A stretch of DNA of 64,000 nucleotides from an uncultured Candidatus Saccharibacteria bacterium (lineage in GTDB: Bacteria; Patescibacteriota; Minisyncoccia; Phycocordibacterales; CAIZLB01). The number at the start of each line of letters is the position of its first letter. Position 1 is the first letter of the stretch. The DNA lies in the NCBI GenBank assembly GCA_964368945.1, contig CAYJDM010000002.1, positions 21,386-85,385 of the forward strand. The letters are read 5' to 3'. A model generated the notes under the pieces. That model worked only from the letters and a program-made list of their open reading frames with translations, made no database searches and was not told the DNA's origin. A program made the position numbers and the translations under genes. Shown here one piece after another: positions 17,067 through 25,781 of the stretch.

Positions 17067-18326
17067 TTATTCTACCTTGAATGTGATGAAAGTCTTCTTG
17101 CCCACCTTGAGCGTCATATTCGAATCGATCGTCTGATTGAAATCGGTAATTTCCTTTATGCCATCGATCTTGATCGCCTTTTCCTTGATGAGCCGCTTGA
17201 AGTCTCCGACAGAGGTAAGGATATTGTTTTCCACGAGCGCCGCGCTGAGCTTATCGCCCTTCTTAGCCTTGATTTCCTTGATATTTTCCGGCATCTCCTT
17301 ATTTGAGAATGCTTTTGAGAAAAAATTCTCAGCCTCCTGTGCCGCCGCGGCGCCATGATATATGGCCACGATTTCCTTTGCGAGGCGAGATTTTAGATTC
17401 TTTGGATTTGTCGCGGGATCAGAGAGTTCGGCTTTGATTTTCTCAAGCTCATCATTCGAGACGAAGGTGCAAAGCTCGAATCCGGGAGCGACCATGCCAT
17501 CAGTCCAGCTCATGATTTTTCCATACATATCCGTCGGAGAATTGGCGAGAGAAACCATATTGCCTTCTGTCTTGCCCATCTTCTTACCCCCTGCATCAGT
17601 GAGAAGCTTCATGGTGATCGCGATCTTTTCCTTATCCTTCAATTTTTTCAAAAAATCGCGGCCGACGAGCATATTGAACATCTGATCATTGCCGCCGATC
17701 TCTACATCGACATCCATTGCTACGCTGTCATATCCCTGCAAGACCGGGTACATGAATTCATGGATGAATGTAGGTTTGCCTTCCTCGGCTCGTCGCGCGA
17801 ACATATCGCGCTTCATCATCTGATCAACCGTCATAAGCGAAGTGAGCTCGAGCACATCCTTCATACCAAGCTTCTTGAGCCACTTCGAATTGAACATTAT
17901 CTTCGTCGCATTCTTTCCTGAGAAATTGAGCAGCTTGCTCGCCTGCTTCTTATACGCCTTGAGATTGTGCTTGATTTCTTTTTCAGTCAAAGTCTTTCGG
18001 ACAGCCATCTTGTCCGTTGGATCTCCGATCATCGCGGTAAAATCTCCGATGAGCATTATCGTCTCATGTCCTAGATCTTGGAACTCCTTGAGCTTTTTAA
18101 GGACAATCGCATGTCCTATATGAAGCGAATCTCCCGTGGGATCAATCCCTGCATATACGCGCAATTTCTTTTTCTGTTCGAATGTCTCTTTGATTCTTTT
18201 TTCCAAAAAACCCTTCGCAGGGAATATTTCTTCCACGCTTCTGTCGACGAGCTGAGAAACCAAATAGGCCCGATCCGCAGAGCTGTCTTTTTTCATATCG
18301 TTTTCGTTGGTTTTTTTCTCATTCAT
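17067..18326 (-). CDS. tyrS: Tyrosyl-tRNA synthetase
   Basis: The HIGH motif (SLHIGHAIV), the KMSKS-like KKMGKTEGN and a C-terminal S4 domain are all present. Confidence 0.95.
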   Translation of the reverse strand: MNEKKTNENDMKKDSSADRAYLVSQLVDRSVEEIFPAKGFLEKRIKETFEQKKKLRVYAGIDPTGDSLHIGHAIVLKKLKEFQDLGHETIMLIGDFTAMIGDPTDKMAVRKTLTEKEIKHNLKAYKKQASKLLNFSGKNATKIMFNSKWLKKLGMKDVLELTSLMTVDQMMKRDMFARRAEEGKPTFIHEFMYPVLQGYDSVAMDVDVEIGGNDQMFNMLVGRDFLKKLKDKEKIAITMKLLTDAGGKKMGKTEGNMVSLANSPTDMYGKIMSWTDGMVAPGFELCTFVSNDELEKIKAELSDPATNPKNLKSRLAKEIVAIYHGAAAAQEAENFFSKAFSNKEMPENIKEIKAKKGDKLSAALVENNILTSVGDFKRLIKEKAIKIDGIKEITDFNQTIDSNMTLKVGKKTFITFKVE

Positions 18327-18371
18327 ATGAGAAAAAATATAGCATATATCATGCTATTTTGATATGCTTTC

Positions 18372-18537
18372 TAGAGCCCGCAAAAAACCTCGTGGCACCC
18401 CTCATTCCGCTGTTAATTTTGAGCGAGAAGCGAGTCGCAGAGCGAAACGCATCGGTTATGCGTTGAGATCGAGACGAAGCTTCGCAGCCAAAAATAACCA
18501 GCGGAATGAGAGGGGGAAGGTTCATTTGCGGGCTCTA
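18372..18537. repeat. 166-bp nested inverted-repeat (palindromic) element in the divergent tyrS/PBP intergenic region
   Basis: The outer arms tagagcccgcaaa (18372-18384) and tttgcgggctcta (18525-18537) pair. The inner arms cacccctcattccgctg and cagcggaatgagaggggg pair. The core holds further hairpins: aacgcat/atgcgtt and gaagcgagtcgcag/ctgcgaagcttcg. Confidence 0.6.
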
Positions 18538-18543
18538 TAATAT

Positions 18544-21045
18544 ATGCGAAATACAAATTTTAGAAATTCATGGGTCGACAAGGTCGGGGTCTTTGTCAAA
18601 AAAACAAGAGACAAGCTAAAGGACAGGCTTAAAAACAAGATGGCGAGAAAGCGATTCATCAGGGATGCCATATTGGTCATCGCTATCGCTTTTATCATAT
18701 TCGTAACAGCCATGCTTCTCTGGGCAGCCAGCCTCAAAACCCCCGATCTCGAGTCATTCGACGCTCGCCTCCTGGGACAATCTGCCAAAATCTATGACCG
18801 AACAGGAACAATCCTCCTTTATGACCTGAGTCAGAAGATTCGACGAACCGTGGTTCCTCTCGATCAAATCTCCCCTTACGCCAAAAAAGCAACGATCGCC
18901 ATCGAAGACGCTGATTTCTACAACCACAAAGGCATCCGAGCCACTTCGGTTATCCGAGCGGTTTTGGCCAACCTGACATCGATGAGCTTTAGCCAAGGCG
19001 GATCAACGATCACTCAGCAGGTCGTCAAAAACTCCCTTTTGACCAAAGAAAAGACCATCTCAAGAAAGGTGAAGGAATGGATCCTCGCCATCAAGCTTGA
19101 AAAAACTGCCGACAAGGACACCATCCTAAGCCTTTACCTAAATGAATCCCCTTATGGCGGAAATGTCTATGGCATCGAGGAAGCCAGCCGTGTATATTTC
19201 GCAAAAAAATCAAGCGACTTGACCCTCGCTGAATCGGCTTATCTCGCAGCCCTCCCACAATCACCAACGGTATTGTCTCCATATGGAAACAATAAGCAGA
19301 GATTGGTAGATCGAAAGAACCTCGTATTGCAGAAAATGCTTGAAAATAAGCTTATTTCTCAAGAAGAGCATGATTCTGCCGCAGCAGAAGAAGTCATATT
19401 CCAGCCGCGATCGGTGTCCAATATCAAAGCGGCGCATTTCGTCATGTATCTAAAGGATTATCTTGAAGAGCAGTATGGCGATGCATTGCTCGCAGAAGGA
19501 GGGCTCAAGATCACATCGACAATCGACTATGATCTCCAATCAAAAGCAGAAGAAATCGTGAAGGATTATGTAATCAAGACCGGCGTAAAGACATACAAAG
19601 CAACGAATGGCGCCATGGTTGCCATCGATCCCAAGACGGGACAAATCCTCATGATGGTCGGCTCTCGAGATTACTTCGATAAGGAAATCGAGGGTAATTT
19701 CAATGTCGCAACGGCGAGACGACAGCCAGGATCCGCTTTCAAGCCATTCGTATATGCTACGGCATTCAAGAGAGGAATGACGCCGGACACGCCATTGTTT
19801 GATGTACCCACGGAATTCAACTCTTCTTGCAGCCCATCAGGAGTACCGCTGGCTACCGGAGCAAAATGCTATAACCCAGACAACTATGAAGGCGGATTCC
19901 AAGGTCTCATGAGCATCAGAAGCGCATTGGGACAGTCGAGAAATATCCCCGCAGTTAAGGCCTTATACCTAGCAGGAATCGACGATACCATAAAGACGGC
20001 AACGGATATGGGAATCACGGACCTTAGCGGCGCAGACCAGTACGGATTGTCATTGGCGCTTGGAGGAGGAGAAGTTTCTCCTTTGGACATGGCCAGCGCA
20101 TACGGCGTATTCGCACAGGATGGAGTTCGCAATAAGCTCGCAGGAATACTCAAGATCGAGAAAATGAACGGTGATGTCATCGAGGAATTCGAACCGAATC
20201 CGCAGCAGGTGCTTGATAATCAGGTAGCGAGACAAATGAATGACGTTTTGACGGACAGGTATGCCCGAGCAGGAATCTTCGGCTCAAATTACTTCGGAAC
20301 GCGACAGGTTGGAATCAAGTCTGGTACGACCAACAGCTCTCGCGATGCATGGATGGTTGGATATACGCCAAGCATCTCGGTCAGCGCATGGATGGGCAAT
20401 AACAATAATACGCCGATGGCACAGCAAGCCTCAGCCCGAATCATAGGCCCAATGTGGAAAGGATTCATGGATTATGCGCTCAACAAACTGCCAACAGAAA
20501 CATTTGAGGAACCGGACCCTATCTCCACAAGCCTAAAGCCATTCCTCAAAGGGGCATGGCAGACTGAGATGGGTGAAGTTCATTCTGAGCTTTTCTGGAT
20601 AAACAGAAACGACGTTAAAGGCGAGGCACCAGGTGCAGGATCAACAGATCCCCTCTTCCGAAACTGGGAAGCTGGCATGGGCAACTATAAGGGCGGATAC
20701 GCTGGACAGATAGTCCCAGGAGCGACAACGACGCCTGGAACCATACCGGGCCAGACACCGGTAACTCCGATTGGATTCCAGATAGTTTCTCCGGCAAGGA
20801 ATGCATCCTTGGCTGCAAATGACAGAGCGTATGTCAGCGTTGCCGGTGCGAATGGCAGCATTAATCAGGTTCAATATTATATAAACGATACACTCGTCGG
20901 TACGGTGAATCAGGCACCGTTCACATTCTCATTCGTACCAACACAAGTCGCCGGTATTCAGGATGAAAACACCCTTAAGGCTGTCTCGATGGATAATTTG
21001 GGCAAAAGCAGCGAAGCAACAACATTCTTCTCTATCAGGAGATAG
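18544..21045 (+). CDS. Class A penicillin-binding protein (bifunctional glycosyltransferase/transpeptidase, PBP1A-like) with a C-terminal beta-rich extension. The alternative start is ATG 18640.
   Basis: The GT51 motif EDADFYNHKGI is present. The transpeptidase motifs SAFKP (SxxK), SRN and KSGTT follow, after an N-terminal transmembrane anchor. Confidence 0.9.
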   Translation: MRNTNFRNSWVDKVGVFVKKTRDKLKDRLKNKMARKRFIRDAILVIAIAFIIFVTAMLLWAASLKTPDLESFDARLLGQSAKIYDRTGTILLYDLSQKIRRTVVPLDQISPYAKKATIAIEDADFYNHKGIRATSVIRAVLANLTSMSFSQGGSTITQQVVKNSLLTKEKTISRKVKEWILAIKLEKTADKDTILSLYLNESPYGGNVYGIEEASRVYFAKKSSDLTLAESAYLAALPQSPTVLSPYGNNKQRLVDRKNLVLQKMLENKLISQEEHDSAAAEEVIFQPRSVSNIKAAHFVMYLKDYLEEQYGDALLAEGGLKITSTIDYDLQSKAEEIVKDYVIKTGVKTYKATNGAMVAIDPKTGQILMMVGSRDYFDKEIEGNFNVATARRQPGSAFKPFVYATAFKRGMTPDTPLFDVPTEFNSSCSPSGVPLATGAKCYNPDNYEGGFQGLMSIRSALGQSRNIPAVKALYLAGIDDTIKTATDMGITDLSGADQYGLSLALGGGEVSPLDMASAYGVFAQDGVRNKLAGILKIEKMNGDVIEEFEPNPQQVLDNQVARQMNDVLTDRYARAGIFGSNYFGTRQVGIKSGTTNSSRDAWMVGYTPSISVSAWMGNNNNTPMAQQASARIIGPMWKGFMDYALNKLPTETFEEPDPISTSLKPFLKGAWQTEMGEVHSELFWINRNDVKGEAPGAGSTDPLFRNWEAGMGNYKGGYAGQIVPGATTTPGTIPGQTPVTPIGFQIVSPARNASLAANDRAYVSVAGANGSINQVQYYINDTLVGTVNQAPFTFSFVPTQVAGIQDENTLKAVSMDNLGKSSEATTFFSIRR

Positions 21046-21047
21046 GC

Positions 21048-21338
21048 TTAGCAAATATCAACAATAGTCAGACCAGGAAGAGCGCTGCGCATCGATTCGA
21101 GGCAGCGCTCTTTTGATACCAGGATCTTATGCTTGATTGCAGGGTTTAGTCGCAAGCGAACGATGCACTCTTTGTCCTTGAATTCTATATCGCCCTCTCC
21201 CACGAGCTGGGATTTAAGGACGTCATTGATGACGGAAGCCATGATGCGCTTGTTTTGAGCGGGATCCTGGATGTTTTTAAACTTGCCGAGAAGGTCTTTT
21301 ATTTGAAGCATGGTTGGGCGATGGCCATTCCTAGCCAT
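21048..21338 (-). CDS. Small DUF721/DciA-like protein encoded directly downstream of dnaN
   Basis: A ~90-aa protein sits in the yaaB/DciA genomic position. Its architecture (...LVGEGDIEFKDKECIVRLRLNPAIKHKILVSKERCLESM) resembles DUF721. The match is weak. Confidence 0.35.
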   Translation of the reverse strand: MARNGHRPTMLQIKDLLGKFKNIQDPAQNKRIMASVINDVLKSQLVGEGDIEFKDKECIVRLRLNPAIKHKILVSKERCLESMRSALPGLTIVDIC

Positions 21339-22434
21339 TCATTGGCATCATCAAATAGAGAAAGCTCTTGTCTGAGGCGCTTGTGATGACGATAGGCCGT
21401 CCTTTGCCAGCAAAAGAGAACTGCACATTATCGCCCTTCACCGAAGGAAGGCAATCGCTGAGATATTTGAAATTGAACTGAACAGCGATATCCTCGCCGG
21501 TTACGGCAGAATCTATTTCTGACTCATGTTCGCCCAGATCCTTATTCTTGCTGGAAGCCTTGATGTTTTTACCCTCCTTCGAAACAGAGAAATTGATCTG
21601 ATTGAAGCTGTCTGAGAAAAGATTGCTCAATTTGAGGGTGTTCAAGAGATCCTGCTTGAGAATTTTTGATTCGGTTGAATATTCTTTTGGGATGATTGAT
21701 CGGTAATCGGGGAAAACGCCATCGATAGTCCTCGAGACGATTCTCATAGCATCGACCTTGATCTCTATCTGTCCTTGATCGACTGAAATTGTCGCATCGC
21801 CAGTGACGCCTTCCAGTAGCCGAATAATCTCGCCCACATTCTTTACCGGGATCAATATATGAGAAAAATCAGGGAGAGATTTGGTCTTTATCTTCTTTTC
21901 AGCCAAACGGAAACCGTCAGTCGCTACGAATACCAATTCCTCGCCATCGCGATAGACCCTTACGCTTGAAAGCTCAGGCTTTATGCTCGTAGTGGCAGAG
22001 CTATACCAGACCGCTCGCAAGCCACCCACGAAGTCCTCCGTATCGATATCAAAGACCGTAGGGTTGTCGACATGCGGAAGGCCGGGAAAATCCTCAGCGC
22101 TTAGGGTTTTGATCGTCGTAGTGGTCTTTTCAGAGGAAACGCGCACCCCTCCATCGCCTTCGGTCTCGATCTTTACGGTTTTGCTATTGCCCAGGTTATT
22201 GAGGAAGCTTGATAAAACCCCTCCAAGCACGGCAACCGTACCCGCCTCTTCTACTTTGATAGGAAGGGTGCATTCAATGCCCACATCCAGGTTCGTGGCT
22301 CGTATCTGAAGGGTGTTTTTGTCAGCGCTAAAAAGCAGGCATTTCAATACAGGCAAGGTCGCATTCTTGCTTGAGACCTTTTCGGTCCTTGAGACGGCCT
22401 CAGACAGTTTTTCCTTGAGACATTCAATCTTCAT
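21331..22434 (-). CDS. dnaN: DNA polymerase III beta subunit (sliding clamp)
   Basis: MKIECLKEKLSEAVSRTEKVSSKNATLPVLKCLLF... shows the three-domain clamp pattern. Confidence 0.9.
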   Translation of the reverse strand: MKIECLKEKLSEAVSRTEKVSSKNATLPVLKCLLFSADKNTLQIRATNLDVGIECTLPIKVEEAGTVAVLGGVLSSFLNNLGNSKTVKIETEGDGGVRVSSEKTTTTIKTLSAEDFPGLPHVDNPTVFDIDTEDFVGGLRAVWYSSATTSIKPELSSVRVYRDGEELVFVATDGFRLAEKKIKTKSLPDFSHILIPVKNVGEIIRLLEGVTGDATISVDQGQIEIKVDAMRIVSRTIDGVFPDYRSIIPKEYSTESKILKQDLLNTLKLSNLFSDSFNQINFSVSKEGKNIKASSKNKDLGEHESEIDSAVTGEDIAVQFNFKYLSDCLPSVKGDNVQFSFAGKGRPIVITSASDKSFLYLMMPMNG

Positions 22435-22897
22435 GGCCTAAGTATACATGAGGGATGCGATTGTATCTCTTTACATATATAAAAAATAAATTCCCTATAT
22501 GTAATATGTCATGTGGATAAGTGGATACTTTATCCCCAAGGCCAGAAATATGGGCTGATCCGAATTTGTTATCAGAAATGCCATGTGGGTTCGGCTGGGG
22601 AAAGATCAAAAGGACTTAAAAGACGGCTAAAAGACTGGGTATATTCAACATGCTATTAAAGACAATCCCCTACTTATACCCATAGTAATCCCCATCGAAA
22701 ATAAGGATCCCCACAACTTATTCACAGGGTTATCCACACTGTGCATAAAGTACATAAAACTGGGGAAAACTATTGGACAAAACAGCCTCAAATTACTGTC
22801 CATAAAGACAAAACAAGCAAAAAACCCGCCTTTAAGCGAGTCTTTTTGACAATCATCCTTAAAAATATGGCTTAGAATAAGGATTGTGTGTTTTGAC
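22435..22897. other. Putative chromosomal replication origin (oriC): a DnaA-box cluster plus AT-rich unwinding element between dnaA and dnaN
   Basis: Perfect DnaA boxes are TGTGGATAA (22511-22519) and TTATCCACA (about 22730). One-mismatch boxes include TTATCCcCA, TTATtCACA and gTGGATAc. An AT-rich tract catatataaaaaataaatt lies at about 22475. Confidence 0.7.
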
Positions 22898-24241
22898 CTA
22901 GATCAAAGCCCTGATTTGTCCTATTTCCCCATGCAATTCGGAATTATTCTTCAATTCATTCCTGATCTTGTCGCAAGAGTGGATAACGGTCGTATGGTCC
23001 CTACCCCCTAGCTTCTGTCCAATTGAAGGAAAGGACACATTGAAGTCCTCTCGGAGGATATACATGGTGATCTGTCGCGGCTTAACCACTTCCTGTCGGC
23101 GGGTTTTATCATAAATGCTATCCTCCTCGATGTTATAGAAGGCTGCGACCGCCTTGACCACATCCTTAACAGAGACCGTTTTATGGGGTTTTGTCGAATT
23201 CTTGGTAGTTTGCTTGATTTCAGCAAGCGTCAGGTCCTTGCCCTTGAGCTGGGTTTGGCAAATGACGCTGTTTAGAACGCCTTCTAGTTCTCGGATGCTT
23301 CCTTCTACCCCAGAGGCCAAGTGCAGGCAGATCTCATGGTTGAGCTCGAAATTATTCTGCTTGGCCTTTGCTTGCAGGATAGCCATCTTTGATTCAATAT
23401 CGACGGCTGAGACATCCACGATCATGCCTGCTAGGAAGCGAGATTTGAGCCTATCCTCGAGGTTTGGGAGATAGTTGGGGTGAACATCAGAAGAGAAGAT
23501 GATTTGTCTGTTATTGTCGTATAGCGAGTTGAAGAGGTGGAATATTTCTTCCTGAGTCTTCTCCTTAGTAGAGAGCATTTGGATATCATCCATGATCAAT
23601 ACATCGTACTTGCGGTATTTCTCCTTGAAATGATTGACGCGGTTCGCTTGGACTGAATTTACATAATCGATCGAGAATTTCTCAGAAGTAACATAATGAA
23701 CTTTTTTGTCCTTATTCAGCTTGAGATAGTTTCCAACCGCCTGCATGAGATGGGTTTTGCCCAAACCTGTATTTCCATAGATAAATAAAGGGTTATATGC
23801 GACCGGCTTCTTGATGATGGCTTGTGAAGCTGCATAGGCAAGCTCATTAAAAGGGCCAACAATAAAGGTTTCGAAGGTGTATCGAGGGTTTAGATTGTCT
23901 TCTGGGTTGATAAAGAGGTTCTGCATCGGCAATTCCTTATTGCTTGAGCTCTCAACGGGTTTTATGTCCTCTTTCTTAGGCTTCGTATGGGAAATGACAT
24001 ATTCCAAAGCGCGCACATCCTCCACTTCGTTGCGGAGAGACTGAAGCATTGCCTTGTGATATCGCTTTGAAAGCCATTCCTTGGCGAATACGCTTGGTAC
24101 GGCGAGGTATACGGTATTGTTATCGATCTTTGAAATATACGTATCACGAAACCATGTGGTGAAGTTTGCTACGGAGACATCTATCTCCATCTGACCCAAA
24201 ACAGCATCCCATAATTGTTTCGTATCCATGTTGGTCAACAT
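22898..24241 (-). CDS. dnaA: Chromosomal replication initiator DnaA. The start is taken at the Met preceded by GGAAGG; the ORF extends to 24289.
   Basis: The AAA+ Walker A GNTGLGKTHL, Walker B LIMDDIQ and the C-terminal DnaA-box binding domain (...HTTVIHSCDKI) are present. Confidence 0.95.
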   Translation of the reverse strand: MLTNMDTKQLWDAVLGQMEIDVSVANFTTWFRDTYISKIDNNTVYLAVPSVFAKEWLSKRYHKAMLQSLRNEVEDVRALEYVISHTKPKKEDIKPVESSSNKELPMQNLFINPEDNLNPRYTFETFIVGPFNELAYAASQAIIKKPVAYNPLFIYGNTGLGKTHLMQAVGNYLKLNKDKKVHYVTSEKFSIDYVNSVQANRVNHFKEKYRKYDVLIMDDIQMLSTKEKTQEEIFHLFNSLYDNNRQIIFSSDVHPNYLPNLEDRLKSRFLAGMIVDVSAVDIESKMAILQAKAKQNNFELNHEICLHLASGVEGSIRELEGVLNSVICQTQLKGKDLTLAEIKQTTKNSTKPHKTVSVKDVVKAVAAFYNIEEDSIYDKTRRQEVVKPRQITMYILREDFNVSFPSIGQKLGGRDHTTVIHSCDKIRNELKNNSELHGEIGQIRALI

Positions 24242-24419
24242 TATACCTTCCATGTTTTTTTGGTGTACTTGAAAGAAACAAATTTTCATGTTGAGAAGAT
24301 GTAATTAAGTTTTAATAAAATATATATGAAGAAAAATTCATATCCCGTATGGGTCATTTGGGATATATCCTTGACGGCGCAACTTGTGCAATTGTGTGTT
24401 TTAATGTAGTATCTTCGTC

Positions 24420-24578
24420 ATGTCAGTCACATATCAACCTAGCAAAAAGAAGCGATCTCGAAAGCATGGCTTTCTCGCTCGAACAAAGTCTCATGGAGGC
24501 AAGCGCGTTCTTCAGGCGCGACGCCGAAAGGGCCGAGCAAAGCTCGCGGTTACCCCTACCAAAAAGCGCTCTAAATAG
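24420..24578 (+). CDS. rpmH: 50S ribosomal protein L34
   Basis: The sequence translates to [52 protein letters not shown]. It is below the 60-aa ORF-track cutoff. Confidence 0.9.
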   Translation: MSVTYQPSKKKRSRKHGFLARTKSHGGKRVLQARRRKGRAKLAVTPTKKRSK

Positions 24579-24596
24579 CCGTTAAAAGCGTCTATC

Positions 24597-24980
24597 ATGA
24601 TGCCTTTTGGTCAGAATATAGCCCCAAAGCCTATGCCAGAAGCCAGATCAGACCTTAAAAACACAATCCCAAGACCTGGGATTGTGTTTTTAAGACTATT
24701 CCCCCAGCAAAATAGCCAATCTCTAGCGAAATCGACTAAATTGGCACGAAAACCAAAGCTCCTGACAATATCCGTAAGCAAAAAGGTATTCAAAACGGCT
24801 GTTTTGCGAAATAGGGCTAAGCGCATGGTCCGGGAGGCATATCGGCTGGCGGTGAAGGGCTTGGCGAAACATGCTACACTTCATCAGCTGCCGCCCCTCC
24901 GAATCGATGCCAGAGAAGGCGTATTCAAGATGAAAATCGAAGAAATACAAAAGCTTATTCAGAATCAGCTATTACAATAA
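24597..24980 (+). CDS. rnpA: Ribonuclease P protein component. The start is ambiguous: 24597, 24600 or 24633.
   Basis: ...LTISVSKKVFKTAVLRNRAKRMVREAYR is the RnpA RNR motif. The gene order is rpmH-rnpA-yidC. Confidence 0.8.
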   Translation: MMPFGQNIAPKPMPEARSDLKNTIPRPGIVFLRLFPQQNSQSLAKSTKLARKPKLLTISVSKKVFKTAVLRNRAKRMVREAYRLAVKGLAKHATLHQLPPLRIDAREGVFKMKIEEIQKLIQNQLLQ

Positions 24981-24998
24981 GAAACAAACCAATACACA

Positions 24999-25721
24999 AT
25001 GTTCAAAGCAATTTTCTATACACCCTTATATAACGCCTTGGTATTCCTTACGGATCTTATTCCTGGACACCATCTCGTTCTTGCCATCATCATCCTGACC
25101 TTGATCGTCAAGATCGTTCTTTTCCCCATCTCAAAGAAAGCGGTTATCACTCAGATGAAGATGAAGGTTCTCGAGCCTGAGCTCAAAGAGATCAATGAGA
25201 AATACAAAGGGGATCGAAATGCATTGGCTCAGAAAACTCTCGAGGTATACCGAAAAAACAAGCTGAACCCTTTCTCGACCCTGCTTCTTGTCATCATTCA
25301 GCTCCCCATCTTCATCTCGCTCGCTTTCATGTTTTCAAAGAATGCCCTTGCGACAGTAGACACCAATCTGATCTATTCGTTCGTGCATATCCCTGAATAT
25401 ATAAACCAGATGTTTCTCTGGGTGTTCAATACGAGCGAAAAGAGCCTTATTCTCGGCGCAATTGCTGGAATCTTGCAATTCATCCAGATTCGAATCAGCC
25501 TCCCTGCGATGAAGAAGAAAGAGCCTGGAGCGAAGCCAGATTTCAAAGAAGATCTTGCGCGAAGCATGAACACTCAGATGAGATTCGTCATGCCAGTGAT
25601 CGTATTCGTCGCATCGCTTGGATTCATGGCCGCAATGTCCGTATATTGGATCGTAAGCACTTTGTTTACCATCGCGCAGGAATTGCACTTCAAGAAGACT
25701 ATCAAGAAGGATCAGGCATAA
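24999..25721 (+). CDS. yidC: Membrane protein insertase YidC/Oxa1 family (short form)
   Basis: Multiple transmembrane segments and the pattern KMKVLEPELKEINEKYKGD...NPFSTLLLVIIQLPIFISL match YidC/Oxa1. Confidence 0.85.
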   Translation: MFKAIFYTPLYNALVFLTDLIPGHHLVLAIIILTLIVKIVLFPISKKAVITQMKMKVLEPELKEINEKYKGDRNALAQKTLEVYRKNKLNPFSTLLLVIIQLPIFISLAFMFSKNALATVDTNLIYSFVHIPEYINQMFLWVFNTSEKSLILGAIAGILQFIQIRISLPAMKKKEPGAKPDFKEDLARSMNTQMRFVMPVIVFVASLGFMAAMSVYWIVSTLFTIAQELHFKKTIKKDQA

Positions 25722-25746
25722 TTTCAGGCGAAACAGCATTGCCAAA

Positions 25747-25781
25747 AAGAAAACCCCTCGGAGCGAGGGGTTTTCTTTTTG
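25747..25781. terminator. Bidirectional terminator between yidC and the end of the T4SS-like operon
   Basis: The hairpin aaaacccctcggagcgaggggtttt is followed by cttttt. Confidence 0.7.

Noticed and set aside
18327-18543. T-box riboswitch leader for tyrS
   Set aside because: The minus-strand leader contains AAUUA...GGGGUGCCAC. However, it lacks the contiguous T-box consensus AAUUAGGGUGGNACCGCG and the UGGN tRNA-acceptor pairing tetrad. The U-run is not positioned directly after a terminator stem.
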